From the NCBI GenBank assembly GCA_030704615.1, contig CM060732.1, positions 83,142,001 to 83,206,000 on the forward strand: a DNA stretch of 64,000 bases. The letters run 5' to 3'. The translations under genes were made by a program, and so were the position numbers. The DNA comes from Takakia lepidozioides (lineage: Eukaryota; Plantae; Bryophyta). Numbering within the stretch: position 1 is the stretch's first letter; every line of letters starts with the position of its first letter. Shown here in pieces: positions 61,801 through 64,000 of the stretch. Under the pieces are notes generated by a model. The model saw nothing but the letters and a program-made list of their open reading frames with translations, was not told the DNA's origin and made no database searches.

Positions 61801-63340
61801 TGTTACGGTGAAGTATTTTGCCACGCAACCCAAGTTGTCCCCAAAACAACTTAGGTGGCAAGATACTTTGGCGGTGTTTGACGTGGATATCCAATACAAA
61901 CCGGGACGTGACAATGTGGTGGCCGATGCTTTAAGTAGAAAGCAGCAGCTCCTGTTGGTGTACAGGGGCGAGACGACGCTCCAAAGGAAGATCCCGAAGG
62001 CTTGCCAGAAGGATGAGCTAGCGAAGTCCGTGATGCAGGACTTGAGGAGGGGGGTTAAATCGCAATTCCACTTGCAAAATGGACTGCTCCGGTATAAGCA
62101 AAAGCGTCTCTACGTGCCAAAGGGAGGGATCAGAGATAGTCTCTTGAGAGAATGCCATGATAGCCCGCTTGCGGGCCACGGCGGAGGCAAGCGCACTGCG
62201 GCACTCTTGAAGAAAGAGTATTTCTGGCCCAAACTGAGAGAGGAGGCAGAGGAGTATGTCAAGACATGCACCACATGCCAACAAAACCGGAGCGAGTACA
62301 AAAAGCAAGCGGGGCTGTTACAACCCTTGCCGATTCCAGAGGGGACTTGGGAAAGCGTCTCGATGGATTTCATGACTGTTATGCCGCTGTCAAAAGGATT
62401 CGATGCAATCATGGTGGTGGTGGATAGGTTCAGTAAAATGGGCCATTTCATCCCCACCAAGGAGATGGCAACGGCGCAAGAGACAGGGCGACTTTACTTC
62501 GTCCACATCTTAAAACATCATGGAGTCCCGAAGGATATTGTCTCGGACCGCGATCCAAAGTTTACGAGTAAATTTTGGAGGACACTTTGGAAGAAGATGG
62601 GGACGAGGCTGAAGATGAGCACCGCCTTCCGACCTACGACCGACGGCCAAACGGAAAGAGTGAATTCCGTAGTGAAGCAGATCTTGCAGAATTACGTGTC
62701 GGCAGACCAATCAGACTGGGTGGAACACTTAGACGCAGTAGAGTTCTGTTATAATAACACAGAACACTCCGCAACGGGAGTTTCCCCTTTCGTATTGGTC
62801 TATGGAAAAGCACCTCTGGTGCCGACAAGTTGGGCCGCCCAGGACGTTGAGGAACTGGCAGTAGCGGCGGTACTGGAAGAACGCGAGCGTTTGTTGACGC
62901 TCGCAAAGTACAACATTGCCAAAGCTAGGAAACGGTATGAAAGGCAGGCGAATCGGAAGCGGAGGGAAGTGAAGTTTGAGGCAGGCACGGAGGTCTGGTT
63001 GAACATCAAGAATTTCCGACTACCTCCGGAAGTGAGTCCAAAGTTCGTACCTCCGTATGCGGGACCCTTTCGCATCCGGAAGGTTATGAATGAGGATGTG
63101 TATGAATTGGAGCTGCCGGCAAACAGCAAGGTGCATCCAGTATTTCACGTCTCCCTTTTGAAGCCTTACTTCAAAGATGAAGCGCGTCCGAATCGGCATC
63201 AAGTGTTGCGTCCGCCACCTATGCTGTTGGATCATGAAAATGAACCTGAGTACGAGGTGGAGGCAGTACTTAAGTCGAGGAGGTTCAAGAACCGAGAAAC
63301 GGAGTATCTCGTCAAATGGAAGGGCTATCATCATGTGGAG
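58804..63340 (+). mobile_element. Ty3/Gypsy chromovirus gag-pol, disrupted at 61177-61251 and truncated within the chromodomain
   Basis: Gag with [14 protein letters not shown]; protease [10 protein letters not shown]; [13 protein letters not shown] and YIDD; RNase H TDASD; integrase HHCC and DDE; GPF motif; chromodomain EYEVEAVL..EYLVKWKGY. No 3' LTR in the window. Confidence 0.97.
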
Positions 63341-64000
63341 GTTCATCCAACCCGCATCATGCGGTAAACGTGGGTAACACCTGGAAACACCTACCTTACG
63401 CTACCAATTTCCACAGTACATTGTGGAACAGTACAGCTGACTCCGAGGAAGTACTATTATTCCTCGGCACATGCAAATTTCCATACCTAACAGAATTTGG
63501 GAACCATAAATCTGTCTCATTTGCACAAGAGATGCATGAGACAAAGTTCTATATCCAGTTGGAGGACGAGTACATGAGTAAGGTTAATGACTGGATAGCT
63601 TATTGGCAAAAAGCTTGCAGAGATTTGGAGTGGGTGGGTGGAGAGAATTTAAATTTCACGAAAAAAGGTTCTAAAATCCAAAATCCAAAATTATGATCCG
63701 TCTGTTTCGACTTCGAACAAATGGCCCAAAGTAAATGACAGTGACATCTACAATACCATTGAAGCTATCAATGAGAAAGGCGAGACAATCAATGGATTGT
63801 CTGTCAATGCGGGAGACTTTGTAGCTAGAAGGATCACTAGATTACGGAAAGACTTTTTCTCCTTTGGTCAAAATCACCTCTCTACCAGTTTTCATTGCCT
63901 TAATAGCCGTATACGATTATCATATCCATTAGCTAGATGTATAAATTGCTTTCTGAAATCTATATTCAACAACCCCCAAGTTATGTCCTACAACTTTTAA

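Overview
Eukaryotic nuclear DNA from a plant (GT-AG introns, plant TE families). The gene and TE content suggests a non-seed land plant such as a bryophyte; that placement is inference. The window has three zones. (1) 1-29 kb is a nest of decayed transposons: a CACTA/En-Spm element (TnpD pseudogene plus a TnpA-like gene with an in-frame FCP1/SCP-type HAD phosphatase domain), a Mutator-like element with ~200-bp imperfect TIRs, a 10-bp TSD and a SWIM-finger gene, OSB-type PDF-motif repeats, a partial Ty3/Gypsy chromovirus, Dualen/RandI-like LINE fragments, hAT remnants and several GGCGCC-centred palindromic satellites. (2) 29.4-54.3 kb is a gene island with an F-box/LRR gene and a ~13-exon TPR gene. 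Their introns hold many 45-70-bp 3' tails of one APE-type LINE, inserted at (CT)n tracts. (3) 55-64 kb has more Dualen and hAT fragments and a near-complete chromovirus (5' LTR, PBS, gag-pol) broken by a 75-bp inverted copy of its own integrase region. The most unusual items are the TnpA-HAD phosphatase fusion, the microsatellite-targeted LINE tails, Dualen-like elements in an apparent land plant, and the SWIM-carrying MULE-like element. All domain calls are by eye; no searches were run.
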